From Hyphochytrium catenoides (lineage: Eukaryota; Protista; Hyphochytriomycota), in contig FLMG01002199.1 of the NCBI GenBank assembly GCA_900088475.1, forward strand, positions 1 through 34,815: DNA of 34,815 nucleotides, in the 5' to 3' direction. Positions 20,001-32,600 of this stretch are shown here, in pieces. Position numbers and translations under genes: made by a program. Position 1 is the stretch's first letter. Each line of letters begins with the position of its first letter. The notes beneath the pieces are model-generated. The model ran no database searches and was not told where the DNA came from. It worked only from the letters and a program-made list of their open reading frames with translations.

Positions 20001-23000
20001 TCGACCCACAACCCTTACGGCCAATGGTGAAGTTCTCTACATTCCTTAGCTCCTTATCCGTCATGCGTTCTAACTCTTCCATAGGAGGATCTGTATAATA
20101 CCCATCACCTGTGAGGTTTGGGCAGTTAGGATTCTGTCTGGACTTTTCAGGACTGTTGGATCGCAAGGGTCCGTCCTCACTTGTCCGGCGAAGGAACTCT
20201 GAATATGAGCGGAACTTCTCTGATGGGGCTTGCTCCTGAAAGGCACCACTAACGTCTCCACCACGGCTCAGAGCCCCACGAGTAGCGGAGTATTCGCCTG
20301 GAGCACGGACCGGAGTGGGGCGTAGAATAGTTTCATCCTTTTCTAGAGCTTTCCATGGAGACGGCGAGGTAAGAGTTATGTCCTTCTGTGGTGGTCTCCT
20401 CACGTCCGTCTGCGGTGAAGTAATCTTCTCTCTGCCATCTTTCCCCGCAGCCATCAACAGCGAGGAGCCAGGGGTCTGAGAGGAGGGTGCAGTGGCCGGG
20501 AGAGACGGGTTGATGGCTACTTGCAGCCTTCGTGGCCCTCCAGGGGAAAGAAGCTCAGATATTCTGCTGTCAACGCCATCCATTATCACCCGCCCACCAA
20601 CTAAGACGATGAACTGTTCGGGTATGATGTTGGGACGATAATCCACTAGCTTCTTTCGCAAATCTCCGACTGTGAGTTCCTCTGAGAAGTCGACCTTCAC
20701 TGCCTCTTCCTTGTCCATAAAGATGACCTCTAAGCTCCTTGTATCTGTCTCCGTGGTAGTCCCATCTATTGCTTGAACTCCATCCGACGGAGGGAGAGCA
20801 AGAACGCCTCTGGTTGTATCTGATTCTCGCTGCCTGTCTGCAGATTTGTCAATAACCAGATGCTTGGGGTTTCGGCTTAGGAATAGATCTGGGCTCATGG
20901 CATAAGCATCAGTACCGATACTCGACATTGTGCCTTTGCCTTTCAGAAAACCTTGAAGGCCTAGGTCCCCATAGCCACGAGGGAGGATGCGTACTGCTGC
21001 CCTGGGTGTCCTGTACATCGTCCCAGCGGAAGCGCTCAGGGCTGTTTGGGACGTCGCTGCCTTGCTCTTGTCTCCTAGCCCAACCGCCACAGTCTTAGCT
21101 CCAGCGTCAGACTTAAGCGGTAGGGCGAGGGCGGCCTTAACCTGCTGCTCTAAGAGACCTGCTCCTGCAGCTCCTGCACCATAGGGATTAACGTTATGGC
21201 TGGCTACCAGTTGTGCTGGAGCCATACCGGGGGCTGCTCCTTGGGCTGCTGGCGCACCAAAAGCGCCAGTACTGGACCCTAGAGATCCAAAAAGGGGAGC
21301 AGCCTGGGCTGTCGAAGGTGTGGAGAAAAGCGAAGACCCTGTGGCTCCGCCACTACCAAAAGAGGAGCCAAAAAGACCCCCTCCAGTCCCTGTTGAAGGT
21401 GTAGAGAAGGAGAATGAAGAGCCAGGAGTTGTCCCGAAGGCACTGCCAGAAGTCCCTGTGCCCCCAAAAAGAGATGACGTGGAAGAGGATCCTCCCCCAA
21501 ATAGACTGCTTCCAGTAGTACCAGGCCCAGCAGAAGGAGTCGAAGTAGAGCCTCCAAATAGAGAACCACCAGGTGCACTGCCGAAAGTGCTAGAGGAGGA
21601 AGGGGTTGAGCCGAAGCTGAAGGGAGAAGAAGCGGCTGTTCCTCCTCCAGTAGCGCCAAACGCGGGAGCGGTAGAGGTAGTAGAGCCAAAGCTGAAGGGT
21701 GACGAAGAGGGGGTCGTGGAGCCAAAGAGACCTGTCGACGGTGTACTTCCAAACCCTGCAATCGGAAGCAAGCAGAAATGAGTTCGACAAGGGCCAGCCG
21801 ACAGGAAATGTAGCAGAGGAGACATGGCTAGCAGTAAGGTAGAAGTGTCTAAAGATACGGTGTGTATACATATGCACCAACAGAGATACACTCTTAACAT
21901 GAAGAAGATCTCACAGACAAGCAGGCGGCTCAGCATGCTTGCAACTAACAAGGCATTACGACAAGGTAAGACAGGAACGATAGAGTGCGATACAGTCAAA
22001 TCTTCAGCTCTCAGATAGAAGAAGATGGAGGACGAAGACCAGCGGGAGGATATGAAACCAGAAGAACACATCAACAAGACCATGACTCTATCAAAAGTCC
22101 TAGCTCGTACCAGTGCCAAGCCCTGTAGAAGCGGTGGCTGGCTTGAAGCTTCCGAAACCTGTGCTAGCCGTGGGTGTGGCCGAAGACCCAAACGGTGATG
22201 ACGCCGCAGGTGTAGTGCTCCCAAACAGCCCTCCGCCGGTCGCCGTAGAGCCGAAGGCAGATGAGGCGGGCTGGCCAAAGGCTCCAGTCCCTCCTGAAGG
22301 CGTAGTAGAGAATGGACTAGCTGCAGTGCTCGCAGTCGAGCCAAAAAGGCCTCCTCCAGTACTTCCGAGGCCACCTGCAGCGGTGCCACCACCACCGAAG
22401 GGAGAAGGGGAAGGCTGAGTGGAGCCAAACGCGGACGATTGCCCAAAAAAGCTGCTCGTAGAGGACCCTGCGGGTTGAGAGCTGCCAAATCCTCCAGAGA
22501 GGCCCCCGAAAGTGGATCCTCCGGCTCCAAATGCTCCTGTGGTAGCTCCTGGAGCTGCCGCTCCTACAGACGACCGTCCAGTAAGGGAGATTAGTGAGTC
22601 AATAGCTACTATATGTATATACTAGACGATACAGAGAAAGCAAGGCGGTACGGCTAGGGACGCTGCAGCTGACTACTCTAGGGGAGAGAGACGAGAGAGA
22701 AGGGCGCCATGCAAAAGGTAACCAGAAGTCGAGATAATAGAAAGAGAAGACTATAGTGTCAGAACAGGGAAACATAGAGTCTTGAAGGTGATATTCTATG
22801 ATACCTGGATTCCCTTTCACTCCTTTTTGATAGTCTTCCCATCGTAGCTCCTCAGGACTCTTGTGCAGGTACTGGGGCATTGCGCTGATGGACATGAAGA
22901 CGTGCCCGCTAGCATCTTTATCCTAGTGAATTTATACATAAATGGTAGCCAACACGGAGTTAGGCACTCAGCAAACGAAGAGATGGTGATAACCGTCAGT

Positions 23001-24897
23001 CAGCATGGCTGACAGCGGAGCCTACGAGAAAGGCATAACTGGACAAAAAATATGAGGGAGCGAGTGGTAGAAGGGAGATGCGGCGGGAGAGAGTTAAAGA
23101 ATACATTGCAACGCCTAAGTAGCGCCTTTCACGAAGAGGAACTAGGATTTTAGGAGCGGAGACCACCACGAAGGTAAACCTTTCCCTAAATTCCTTCCCT
23201 TGGGCTTCTGCCTCCTTTTCACCCGTTCTCCCTTCCACCCTAACTTCTCTGATCCTATAGTTTCTCACATCTTCCGGCTTGAAAGGCGGGTTTCCAGTTC
23301 CATTTGTGGCAGGGCCAAAAGTTGAGCCAAAAGCTCCTCCTCCGCCAAAAGTGCTTGAGCCAAAGCCTCCAGTGGGCTGTGTCGAGCCGAAGGTACTCGT
23401 CGATCCCCCGAAAGGAGAGGGAGAGGTCGTAGCGCCAAACGGAGATGTAGATGTGGTGCCAAAGGCAGAGGTAGAAGTAGAGCTAGCGCCAAAAGGAGAA
23501 GGGGATGAAGCCGGGGCTCCAAAGGGACTGCTAGTCGCTCCGAAGGCAGAGGTTGAAGGAGCACCAAATGGTGAGGCGGTAGTGGTGCTTCCAAAAGGGG
23601 AGGTGTTGGCCGCTGGCGTCGAAAAGGCAGATGTCTGGGCACCGAAAGCTCCTACAATGCAAGAGTAGAGGGATGAGTCCATCCACCATTCAGGGTTCCC
23701 GTTGCAACAAGACGGAGAAGACAATAGCAAGGCGATTCACATTCGGAAGACACATAGAACGAGGCCCAAGACGAGAAGGCTGGATATGAGGACAATGGAC
23801 CTTGTGATAGCATAAGCAAAGACAATCGTCCGGAGTGATGTTAGACAAACAGACGAGGAGCAAGTGCAGCCAGATACTACCAAGCGGAGGATTAAAGTTT
23901 GGAGCAAGGGAAGTAATATCGGTGCCGAGGTGAGAGAGGAGCTAAGCGCTGCTGTGCGAGTAAGCTCACACAACTAACGAGAAGAAGAATGCCTACCCGT
24001 TCCGGAGGTAGAAGCTCCAAAAGGAGATGGACTTGAGCTGCCAAATGTTGTTGTCCCGGAGCCAAAGGCTGGTGCAGGAGTACTCTAAAAGTGAACCAGG
24101 GTCAGGGTTGCAGGCAGCAGAGGAGGATCAGGAGCCGCAACAATAAGTGAGGAGAGGATTGAGAGTCCAAACAGCAAAGGAGACAAGACAGGGCTTGCGA
24201 CAGAGGGTCATGAAGGACAAGGAGCGGGTCACACAGAAGTGATAGAGGGAAGCCCCCCAAAGTAACGGAAAGGGTAAATAACACGGCAGAAGCACGGGGA
24301 AAGAAGAATAGAAGTAGGAGACTGATGCACGCAGCAAAGAGAGAGGAATCAAGGGGATCGGCAGGAGGATTGTTAGCACGTACAGAGCCAAAGAGCGGTT
24401 TGCTCGCTGTTGATCCAAAGGTGCTGGTGCCTCCAAAGCCCTATGGAGCGTAGTCAGGTTTCGTTGCGGCGGCGGATGAAGAGCAGCTCGAGAAAATTGA
24501 AGGGAGAGAGGAGCCAAGAGCGCAGAGACAACGAATTTGGCCGACAAGAAAGACAGAGGCTCAGGGTAGACCATAGCTTGAGAGACTAAAGCAACAAAGA
24601 AAGCCCCCGCTGGCTGCTTTAGTAACTTACCGTGTTGCCAAAGCCGGGAGTAGTGCCGGTAGTTGAAGCACCAAAGCCTGACGAAGGCGTAGAGCTCCCA
24701 AACAGCCCGCCACCGGCGTTCGTTGTAGAGCCGAACGCTACATGTCATTGTCAACGCGTGACCGTAAGAAGAGGAAAGCGTGCAGTGAGAACCACTGAGG
24801 ACTACTTGTTACCTGGCGTCGTGGACCCCCCAAAGGGCGAAGAAGTGGCTCCAAATGGCGAAGAAGAGGAGCCGAAGGCTCCCGTGGTGCCAAACAT
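14040..24897 (-). CDS. NUP98: Nuclear pore complex protein Nup98-Nup96 precursor (~20 exons)
   Basis: Starts [16 protein letters not shown] at 24897. FG exons: 24897-24813, 24737-24631, 24440-24384, 24084-23997, 23651-23269. GLEBS exon 22922-22805. Then 22563-22111, 21755-19851 and 19776-~19173 (contains HF|SRYG). Nup96 exons: 18853-18688, ~18531-18357 ([18 protein letters not shown]), 18174-17968, 17852-17686, 17539-17201, 17005-16916, 16679-16314 ([22 protein letters not shown]), 16004-15756 (WHWAVYVAL), 15395-15183, 14871-14729 ([12 protein letters not shown]), 14529-14441, 14227-14040 (stop). Confidence 0.96.
19625..20124 (-). other. Nup98 autoproteolytic domain (Nucleoporin2/peptidase S59); cleavage between Phe (19639-19637) and Ser (19636-19634)
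   Basis: [29 protein letters not shown]...[35 protein letters not shown]|GI...[20 protein letters not shown]; intron at 19850-19777. Confidence 0.95.
20506..20733 (-). other. Ubiquitin-like (beta-grasp) domain within Nup98
   Basis: 76 codons, [76 protein letters not shown]. It aligns by eye with the ubiquitin pattern (TV.DL+.KL, IP.+Q..L...G+.L.D, +S+L, final beta strand). Confidence 0.7.
22805..22922 (-). other. GLEBS (Rae1/Gle2-binding) motif exon of Nup98
   Basis: [34 protein letters not shown], preceded by [12 protein letters not shown] in the previous exon; matches the SI.AM..Y..KS.EELR.EDY consensus. Confidence 0.93.
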
Positions 24898-25955
24898 CGT
24901 GGCTGTTCTCTGCTTCTTAACTTTCGCGTGAAGACTCGGTCACCTATATGTTCCTAGCTTTGAAGATAGCTGCACGGCCGTGGCGGCCGCCCCTGCCTGC
25001 AAGGAGGCGACGGCTTCGCCACTTCTTTAGTTCAAGGTACTAAGATATCTCTCGTCCTGGATAAGTGCAGCACTTTCTCTGTCTCAGTCTGCCCTGGTCG
25101 TAGGCAATGAATGAGCCGCGGCAGTGATGCTGCAAGAAGCTCGGCTGCCGATCCTCAAGCCATAGATTTTGAATTGCAATCTACATAAGGTGCTGGTCCC
25201 TAATATTATCTTAGGGGATCTGCCCTCCACCATCCGCAAAAATCTCTCCTAGGAGAGCTCCCCCTGGACAATAAAGTGTGGGTGGGGCCTTGGTTGGAGA
25301 CCCATCCGAGTAAATGTATATGAAATGGATATCACAAGGGTGGGTGGATTGGCTTCTGGGGGAGGTGTGAGACTTAATCTTTGTGTCTGTCATCATTCCG
25401 TTTCTCAGTTCTGAAGCTTTGCGGAGCGAATCTTCATGGATCTCCAGATTTAATATCTCTACCTGCACCGCCCAGCAGGCCAGCGGAGCGCGTGAGGGCG
25501 AGGCTGCCATGACGCTATGACTTGACGCTGCCTAACAAATAAGATAGCTTATCACGATAACTAGGGGCAGTAATGGTGGGAGCAAGCATTAGGGGCCATG
25601 ATCAATTACCAGTATAGAGAGGATCACTGCTACGCAGGTCCACGCGTCAGCAACTTCTTCTGTTAAAGTTTGTCTGCTCGCAGTGCCAAAGGGTTAGAGT
25701 CTTATGATCTATATAGAGTAGGATTCGGATTAGTGGAAGCGCTTTAGTTTATACTATCCCCGCAGCTATTTAAGCAGCAAGAAAGAAGAGAATGAGAAGC
25801 CAACGCAAGCGACAGACAGCAATTTCATTATGTTTGCTGCACCAGTAGGTGCAGACGGACGGCACAGTTTCCAAGTTAACTGTTAAAGAAATNNNNNNNN
25901 NNNNNNNNNNNNNNNNNNNNNNNNNNNNNNNNNNNNNNNNNNNNNNCTCGCCGCT

Positions 25956-28453
25956 TTATAGACTACCCTCTACGAGCGCTTCGTATTGGCGCAGCTCCTT
26001 GTCGAAGTCATCCTCTTCATCATCAGCAGCAACACCAGCTGCAATCTCGTCCTCGCCAAAATCTGCATCCAAATCGTCTGAGTCTTCGTCTGCAGCTTTC
26101 CCAGCTTCTTCTATTGCACTTGCAGGTGGCATATCATTCTGATACTTCTCTTCTGATATGGTCACTGGAGGGACCACATGCCTTTCGTCTTCTGGTTTAC
26201 TACTATTAGCCGGTGCTGGTGGTGCAGCTTGCTTCGTCAGCGGTACAGTGCTGGCCACTGGAGCCTTGGGTGGAGCCTTAGCAGGCAGCTTCTGCAGCTG
26301 TCTAGGAGGCGCGCCCACGGCTTTGGCTTTCGTGACCGCCGGAACTTTGACAGACGCCAGCGGCGAAGCTTTGGGGGCTTGCGGACCCTTAGTTAAAACA
26401 GAAGCCTCAACAGAAGGGGTAGTCCCACTGTGAGCCTGCTGCTTCGCCCTCTTCTGTGCCATGATCTCTTCAAAGGTAAGAATCTTAAAGTCAGCCCCTC
26501 CTGCAGCCTTCTTCTCGGCTGGCCTCTCTTTGGCGGCAGCGGTCGGTTTGGCAACCTTGACCGGCGGTGATGGTGCCCCTGCATCGGCTCCAGTAGCTTT
26601 TGGGTCCAAGAAGGGCAAAAGGAAAATGGAGCAAAAGGGGAGAGAAATGAATGAGAAGTCGGAAAGAGGGAGTGTATGTTAGTCTTACTCATGCAATGAT
26701 AATATAAAGCAGCGCATGCGGGTACCTGCAGGTAAGGGAGACTCTCCCCCAAGGCGGCGTTTCTTCGGAAGCTGCTTGGCAGGAGCAAGCGGGACTTCTT
26801 TGAGCACTGAACCTCCAGCAGAAGGGGCACTTTTATCTCCTAGTCTCTCCAGAACCGATACGCGACGCTTGGCTCCCTTCTTGCTGAGATCAATGATACC
26901 GCTCTTCGCTCCTGCGTTGCCAATGGGAACATCTCCTCTTCCTCCTTTCGCCTGCGCTTTCGCTCTATTTTCTCCCTTGGCTTTTGCTGCTTCTAAGCCT
27001 TGAGGAGCAGACTTTGTCATTACTGCCGCCTGCTTAGCCCGTACTTGGCGCTTAGGGCTCCTCTCCCCTGCCTCTCTGTCGGAACCTCCTTCCTGGTTAT
27101 CTGGTCCGGGTCGAGGTCTCCGTCCCACTCTTCTTCGGTCCTGGTCTGTGTCTCTGTCGCCCTTCATGTCCAATTGACGATCCCTATCCTCCGCCATATA
27201 TCCCCGCCGCCCTGACCCGGGCCCCTCGTTCCTCCTCACGCCGTCAGGTCGTGGACCATCTGGTCCCATCCACGGTCCATCCCAACCTGGAGAAGGCCCC
27301 ATTCCAGGCCCAGGCCGGGGCGGGATACCCCTACCAGGTCCCGGTGGGAACCAGGGCGGTCGAACGGCAGGCATCATGTGCGGGCTAGGAGGAGGCAGAA
27401 AAGGAGGGACGGGGCCATTGAAAGCCCAAGGCATCATAGGACCACCGAATGGCATAGGCGGAGGAGGACCTCTAGGTCCTCCAGGTCCCCCTCCTCGAGG
27501 CCCCGGCCAGCCTCCCCTTCCGCTCATACTGGGACCTCTCTCACCTCCCCTGGGGCCGCGCCCTGGGCCTCGGCCTCCCTGGAACGGTCGAGACTTGAAA
27601 TCACGCCCGTTAGGAGCTCCTGGCTTCTCTCCAGCGGGTCCTTCGGATTGTCCATTGCTTGCCTTGCTCTGCTGCTGCTCATTGTTGACTTCAGTAGGCC
27701 CCTGCCCACCTTCGGATTCTGCTGTGCCTTCCACCTTTTGCCCGTCGCTTCCCCCAGAATCTTTAATCGTACCAGTCACGTGCAAGAAGGTGCATTTGTC
27801 GCCATTTCTGCACTGTCCTATGGAGAAATAATAGCAAGGTATTTGTCCTGGGGTAGAAGGTGAAGCCTGTGGAAGCGGCTGTACCAGGATGAACAGGAGG
27901 AGCAAGGGTCAGACACTCTGCCACTGCTGTGTAGCTCAGGAAGCTGAAGACTCACCTTAACTTGGGCATCGTGCCAGAAAGGGCAGTCAGCTTTATTGCA
28001 GGCTCCTGCGAGCCAAAAACGACAATCTGATGTCGCGTACTTTGAAGCTTCAGAATGTCTAAATTCACATTTGTCTCCCTAAACGTTTGCCATAGATAAA
28101 AAGCGAATGACTTATGATCTGTTGTCTCTTTCGTACTGGGGTGCTATTCGAGGCGCGGCCAGGTGAAAGAGATCAGGCGCTATTGGTGGCATTACTGGCT
28201 TTCCATGTGCTGCGTTGCTCTGCCATCGACGCTTGCATATTTACCTGTCTTCCCGTCTAGGTAGCCAGGCATCAAACTGAAGCAACTATGCCACAGAAGA
28301 AATAACCAAAGTAACGCACTCTATAGTCCCGTTCTCTCCCACTAGGCGCTAACCTACAAGCTCCTACGTAACAAAATCTGATAGAGATAATGGAATTACC
28401 TTTGTGCATCTGTTCTCTGCAAAAAAGATACAATCTGCCTTATTTGCACTCAT
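25956..28453 (-). CDS. ZC3H11A-like triple CCCH zinc-finger RNA-binding protein
   Basis: Exons 28453-28400, 28078-27956, 27866-26726 and 26596-25956 (TAA), with consistent phases. N-terminus DCIFFAENRCTK|GDKCEFRHSEA..DCRFWLAGACNKADCPFWH..IPCYYFSIGQCRNGDKCTFLH. The later motif DFKILTFEEIMAQKR and acidic tail EDDFDKEL also resemble ZC3H11A. Confidence 0.82.
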
Positions 28454-29644
28454 TGTTTCTGGAGTCTCCTTCGACAAGCCCAGTGTGTTGAACGAGCAAG
28501 AACCAGAGGACGTATTGCGAGAGAGAGAGAGATGGAGAGAGAGAGAGGAGCTAAGATAACAAGGAGAGGAGAGAGAGGCCCAGGATGCGCTATTGCAGTC
28601 TGTCACCACCGACCATTGCCAGCAGTCGGATAAAACCTTTCAAGACGCCACCCACTCTTGCTTCTTCACTCCTCCAAACGGCCAACAGCCCCTCGCTCGC
28701 GAGACAGAAAAAATTGAGACTGATAAGCAGCCGTGAAAAGGGCCTATTCTAGCTGCCAACAGTCGATGCAGCACCTCGAACAAGCAGAAAGAAGCATCCC
28801 AGAGATGATCTGGGATCTCTATCAAATCTCGTTCTCAGACGGAGCCAAGGAAAATGTGGCAATGATCTTTGGGACAGAGTGCAGTTTTTTGCTGGCTGTG
28901 GGGCATCTTCGTTTTGTTCGTGAGGGGACTCTGTCTCGCTACACAATCTCAGACTTGTTACCGCTAAGGACCTAGGTGTCCTCAAAACGTATGGGCAAAC
29001 CACTCAAGACGTAGCGTATTATTATGGGAGGGGCACATCTAGTTTAGGTTTGATGTTGAAAGGCAAAGACTATTTTAAATCCAAATATCAAAAAGAATGA
29101 ATATACGGAAATAGAGCTGAGATAATTCTATATCCTACCCTGTTCATCAGGTAGATGATAACTAAAGCTCTTCCTCTTAAGGTTACCACTCACAAGAGAC
29201 TTCGATTTGCTCTAGTGATTGATTTTCATACAAAAATTCAAAAAAGTTCAGTTGTCAATGTTCCTTGTCGCCGCCGTCAGACCGGCACTGATGCTGAAGA
29301 AGACAGCGCAGGGCTTGGAGCTCACAAGGTGAATAATAGTTCAGTGCAGACAGGTCAAAGCTTGTCTGAGACACTGCCGGAGAGAGAGGTCGAGGAAGGT
29401 GCAAAGAGGAATCTCTTAGACGTGCTATTTTCACGTTGCTTCTTCTGTTGAGGGCTGGAGATGGTGCAGTCGACAGGTTTGCCTCTTCCGACGCTGTCAT
29501 TCGGAGCTCTATTCGTCTAGCCCATGGTGGGCCGCATACTGGCGCTCTTATCGTAGGCTTCAACAGAGCCGCTTCTACTTATCTCGTCTAGTAGACAGTT
29601 TCGCACCAGGACCATCTTCCTGCTGGTCCACCTATCAGGGAAAG
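28454..29644. promoter_or_regulatory. Divergent intergenic/promoter region between the ZC3H11A-like gene and NCAPH2, with an AT-rich core at ~29040-29255
   Basis: Head-to-head start codons ~1.2 kb apart, with a locally AT-rich segment in an otherwise ~50% GC sequence. Confidence 0.45.
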
Positions 29645-32600
29645 ATGAGGGACACATCTCAAAGCTCTCAGGACAGTGCAGAGAACAGGTTCCACCACCT
29701 GCTCCAGCCGATTCGGTGATGTCCAATGAAGTCAATCTTTGAGCGAGCTGCATGACTGACATCCCGCTCCTCCTGTTCTCTACCTTACCCATAATCATAT
29801 TCGTCTCCTTTTGCTTTATCGATCTCTTCTATGTCTCCTTCGGTGCCTCTCTCTCCCCCCTCCCTTCTCTCTCTCTCTCTCTTTCTCTTTCCTCTCTTCT
29901 TTTATCTCTCCACCAGAAATCTTGCAAACAACTGGAACATCGACATAGCCAGTGAGCTTGAAGAATACCTTGATGAACTTGAACAGCTTCGGATTGACTT
30001 CGAGGGAGGAGAGGTCAACTTAAACTTCGCAGAGGCAGCCTTGCTTATTCAGGTGCCAGAAGACAATCTATGCTGGCCTAGCTTCTTTTCTGGTCCTCGT
30101 CTCTTATTTCTTCTCTCCCTCTTGTCGTCTAGCAGTCAATCTCGACTTCATTCCGTATCATGTCTCTCATCCTTCTGGCAACTCATCATCTCTCGCCGGC
30201 TGCGCTTTGTCGTCCGGCTGTCTAATGTGTGTTGGCTGTAGGGAACGGCCTGCATCTACAGCAAGAAGGTTGAGTATCTTTACGCTCTCGTTTATCAAAC
30301 TTTGGATCTCCTTGCCGAAAACAAGGCACACAAGGTGAGGGCGCTTGCTCTCTTTGCAGGAGCTTCTTTCTCCTCTGTCCACATCCTTCCTCTTTCCTCC
30401 TTTTCCCTTTCTTCTTCCTGGTGGCTGACTTCCGCTTCTTACAGGGTCGGCAACCTGAGCAAAATCATGGCGATGCGGGCGATCTTGAGCAAGATACGGT
30501 TGAGTTTTTGAACCTTGATGACGTGTTGGAAGAGGCGAAGAACATTGATCTCAAGGATGATAGGGAGCTGCTACATCGCAAGGTAGTTTCTCAACTATAT
30601 CTAACCCACTGCTCGCCGCGTTTTGCCCATCTTTATCCATATCTGGTTCTCTACCTCGCTTGTCGGCGCTTCGATAAAGTTGACATGAGACTTCTTATGC
30701 GCCAGGTTACGCCAGGACACTCAACTTCAAACAGCCGAATGAGCAGGTACACGCAAGACAGAAATAGAGGTTTAAGGTTCTTTTAGCGATGTTGCTAACT
30801 ATTTTCTTTCCAGGCTCTCGATTGGCCTGATGGGCTCTCTACTGCCTGACGATCGAGGTGACACATTCAAGATGAATACGTGCACAGTGCATCAGGTGAG
30901 CCAACAGCAACCTCTTTCTCCTTCCTCTCTGCTGTCAACAGTGTATGCCATTGAACTTAATCTGCCAGTCTTCACTCTCTCAATCTCGACATATGTCCCC
31001 CTCCTAAATAAAGCCTAATATTGTCAAATTGGATCTTCTCAACCCACTTTGTAGTCCGGCGCACTCCTCTTGGATATCCTCCCCGGCAGCAACTACGACC
31101 AGAACCTGGAACCCATCTCAACCAACCTACAGGAACCACACTCGTCAGCTTCTCAGGACGAGGCAAATGGCTTTCCAGAGGAGGAGGATGGCCATGAGGC
31201 CCATATCGGGGGAGGAGAAAGCAGTGAAGACGAGGAGACAGAGGACTTTCCTGCTCCGGTAAGCCGCTCTTGAACTTTCTACTAGTCCATTGACCCTCCC
31301 GGGCGCCAGTTCTGGTATGAGGTCAATTGATTGTCATCTTCGGCCTCCGAGGAGTCGGGAAAGTTCTTTAGTTATGCTTTGGCTAAACCGCTACCGTCCA
31401 GCAAGCTAAAGTAGAGTGATTCCCAGGCTTTTTCGTCGCCGATTCAAGCCGAAACGAGTGAACAAGCCAATGCTCAACGCGCTTTCAGAGCACTGCATGC
31501 TCCTGGAGTGAGCAGACTGTCAATGGAAAGCAGGAAAGAAGTGGAAGAGGAGAGCGATCCCTTTGAAATGCTGGATCCTTATGATGAGGGCAAAAGTGTT
31601 ATTAAGCCTTTCAAGAAAGGTGAGGAAAACTGGCTCCCTAATGCCTACTCAAAAGTGCCCTCCAGAGATCTTCGGACAGCTTCTGGCGGTTGTTATCTCG
31701 CCTTCTCTCTATTCCATCCCTTGCAGCTCTTCGTTCCACTTCGCTACTTTTCCTTCTCCCCGCCTTGTTGCCTTCAAGACGCATTATGAAGCGCAATAAC
31801 GGTTCTCTCGTGTTATTGTTTTGACTTACATTTGGTCTCACCTTAATAGGGAAGACCTTCAAAGCTCCAGCACTCTTGAATGACCCAGAGTGTGGTACGA
31901 ATGGTTCCCTATATGCACACTTTTTCTGGGGAAGTGTGCAGACTGCGACTGACATCAAGATCCGGTACTCTATCGTTAACAATTGTTCGAAAACCACATC
32001 CATACGCTCACTTCCTGACCGTCATTCGTATCTCATGTCGTGACGGCCTCGTTCTGCGTATGCAGTCAGATCCAGCCTCTTTGTTCTCGATTTTGTCACT
32101 CACTTCCTGTTCCATCTTCTCTTACCTTCTTCACTCCGTTCTGTTAAAAGTTCTTACTGGCCACGGCTATGTAGGCTGAAAGCCCAGAGCAGCGAAGAAG
32201 ATGACCCGATGGCCTTCACTGTGGTCGACATACCCCTCAAAGGGGTCCTCTTTAAAGAGTTCCAAGGGCTAGCTCAAAGGGAGAGGAAGAGAAGGATGGC
32301 AGAGAAGATCGCCAGCCGAAATCTTCAGGTGGGCATGAAAGGAGGGCGCCTTGGGGAGAGAAAGGAGAGAGAGAGCGACTCTGTGAGGGTCATCAGTGTC
32401 CAAGACGACAACATGGCAATGGACCTATAGGAGGTCAAAGTAAGATCTAGGTGAACGAGGCTAATGGGATTATGGTGAGACCTTGAGAGCGCAAGCCCTT
32501 GTAAGTGGAACTACTGATAGCCACCTCAAACCTCTGACAACGTTCACTGTGCCAGGTTCCCGGCGCAACAAAACCGATGGAAGAGGACTATGATGATGAC

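Noticed and set aside
19513-22530. 1005-aa ORF as a single-exon protein
   Set aside because: Only 21755-19851 is the true frame. The N-terminal part is an off-frame reading of FG exon 22563-22111 plus intron, and the C-terminal part reads through the intron at 19850-19777.
21320-24931. Plus-strand PK/PN-repeat ORFs (21320-21781, 22113-22418, 23279-23668, 24632-24931)
   Set aside because: Antisense shadows of FG codons (TTT GGN read as PK/PN on the opposite strand).
25211-25510. 99-aa minus-strand ORF between the ZC3H11A-like gene and Nup98
   Set aside because: No recognisable motif or splice context; more likely UTR or promoter sequence.
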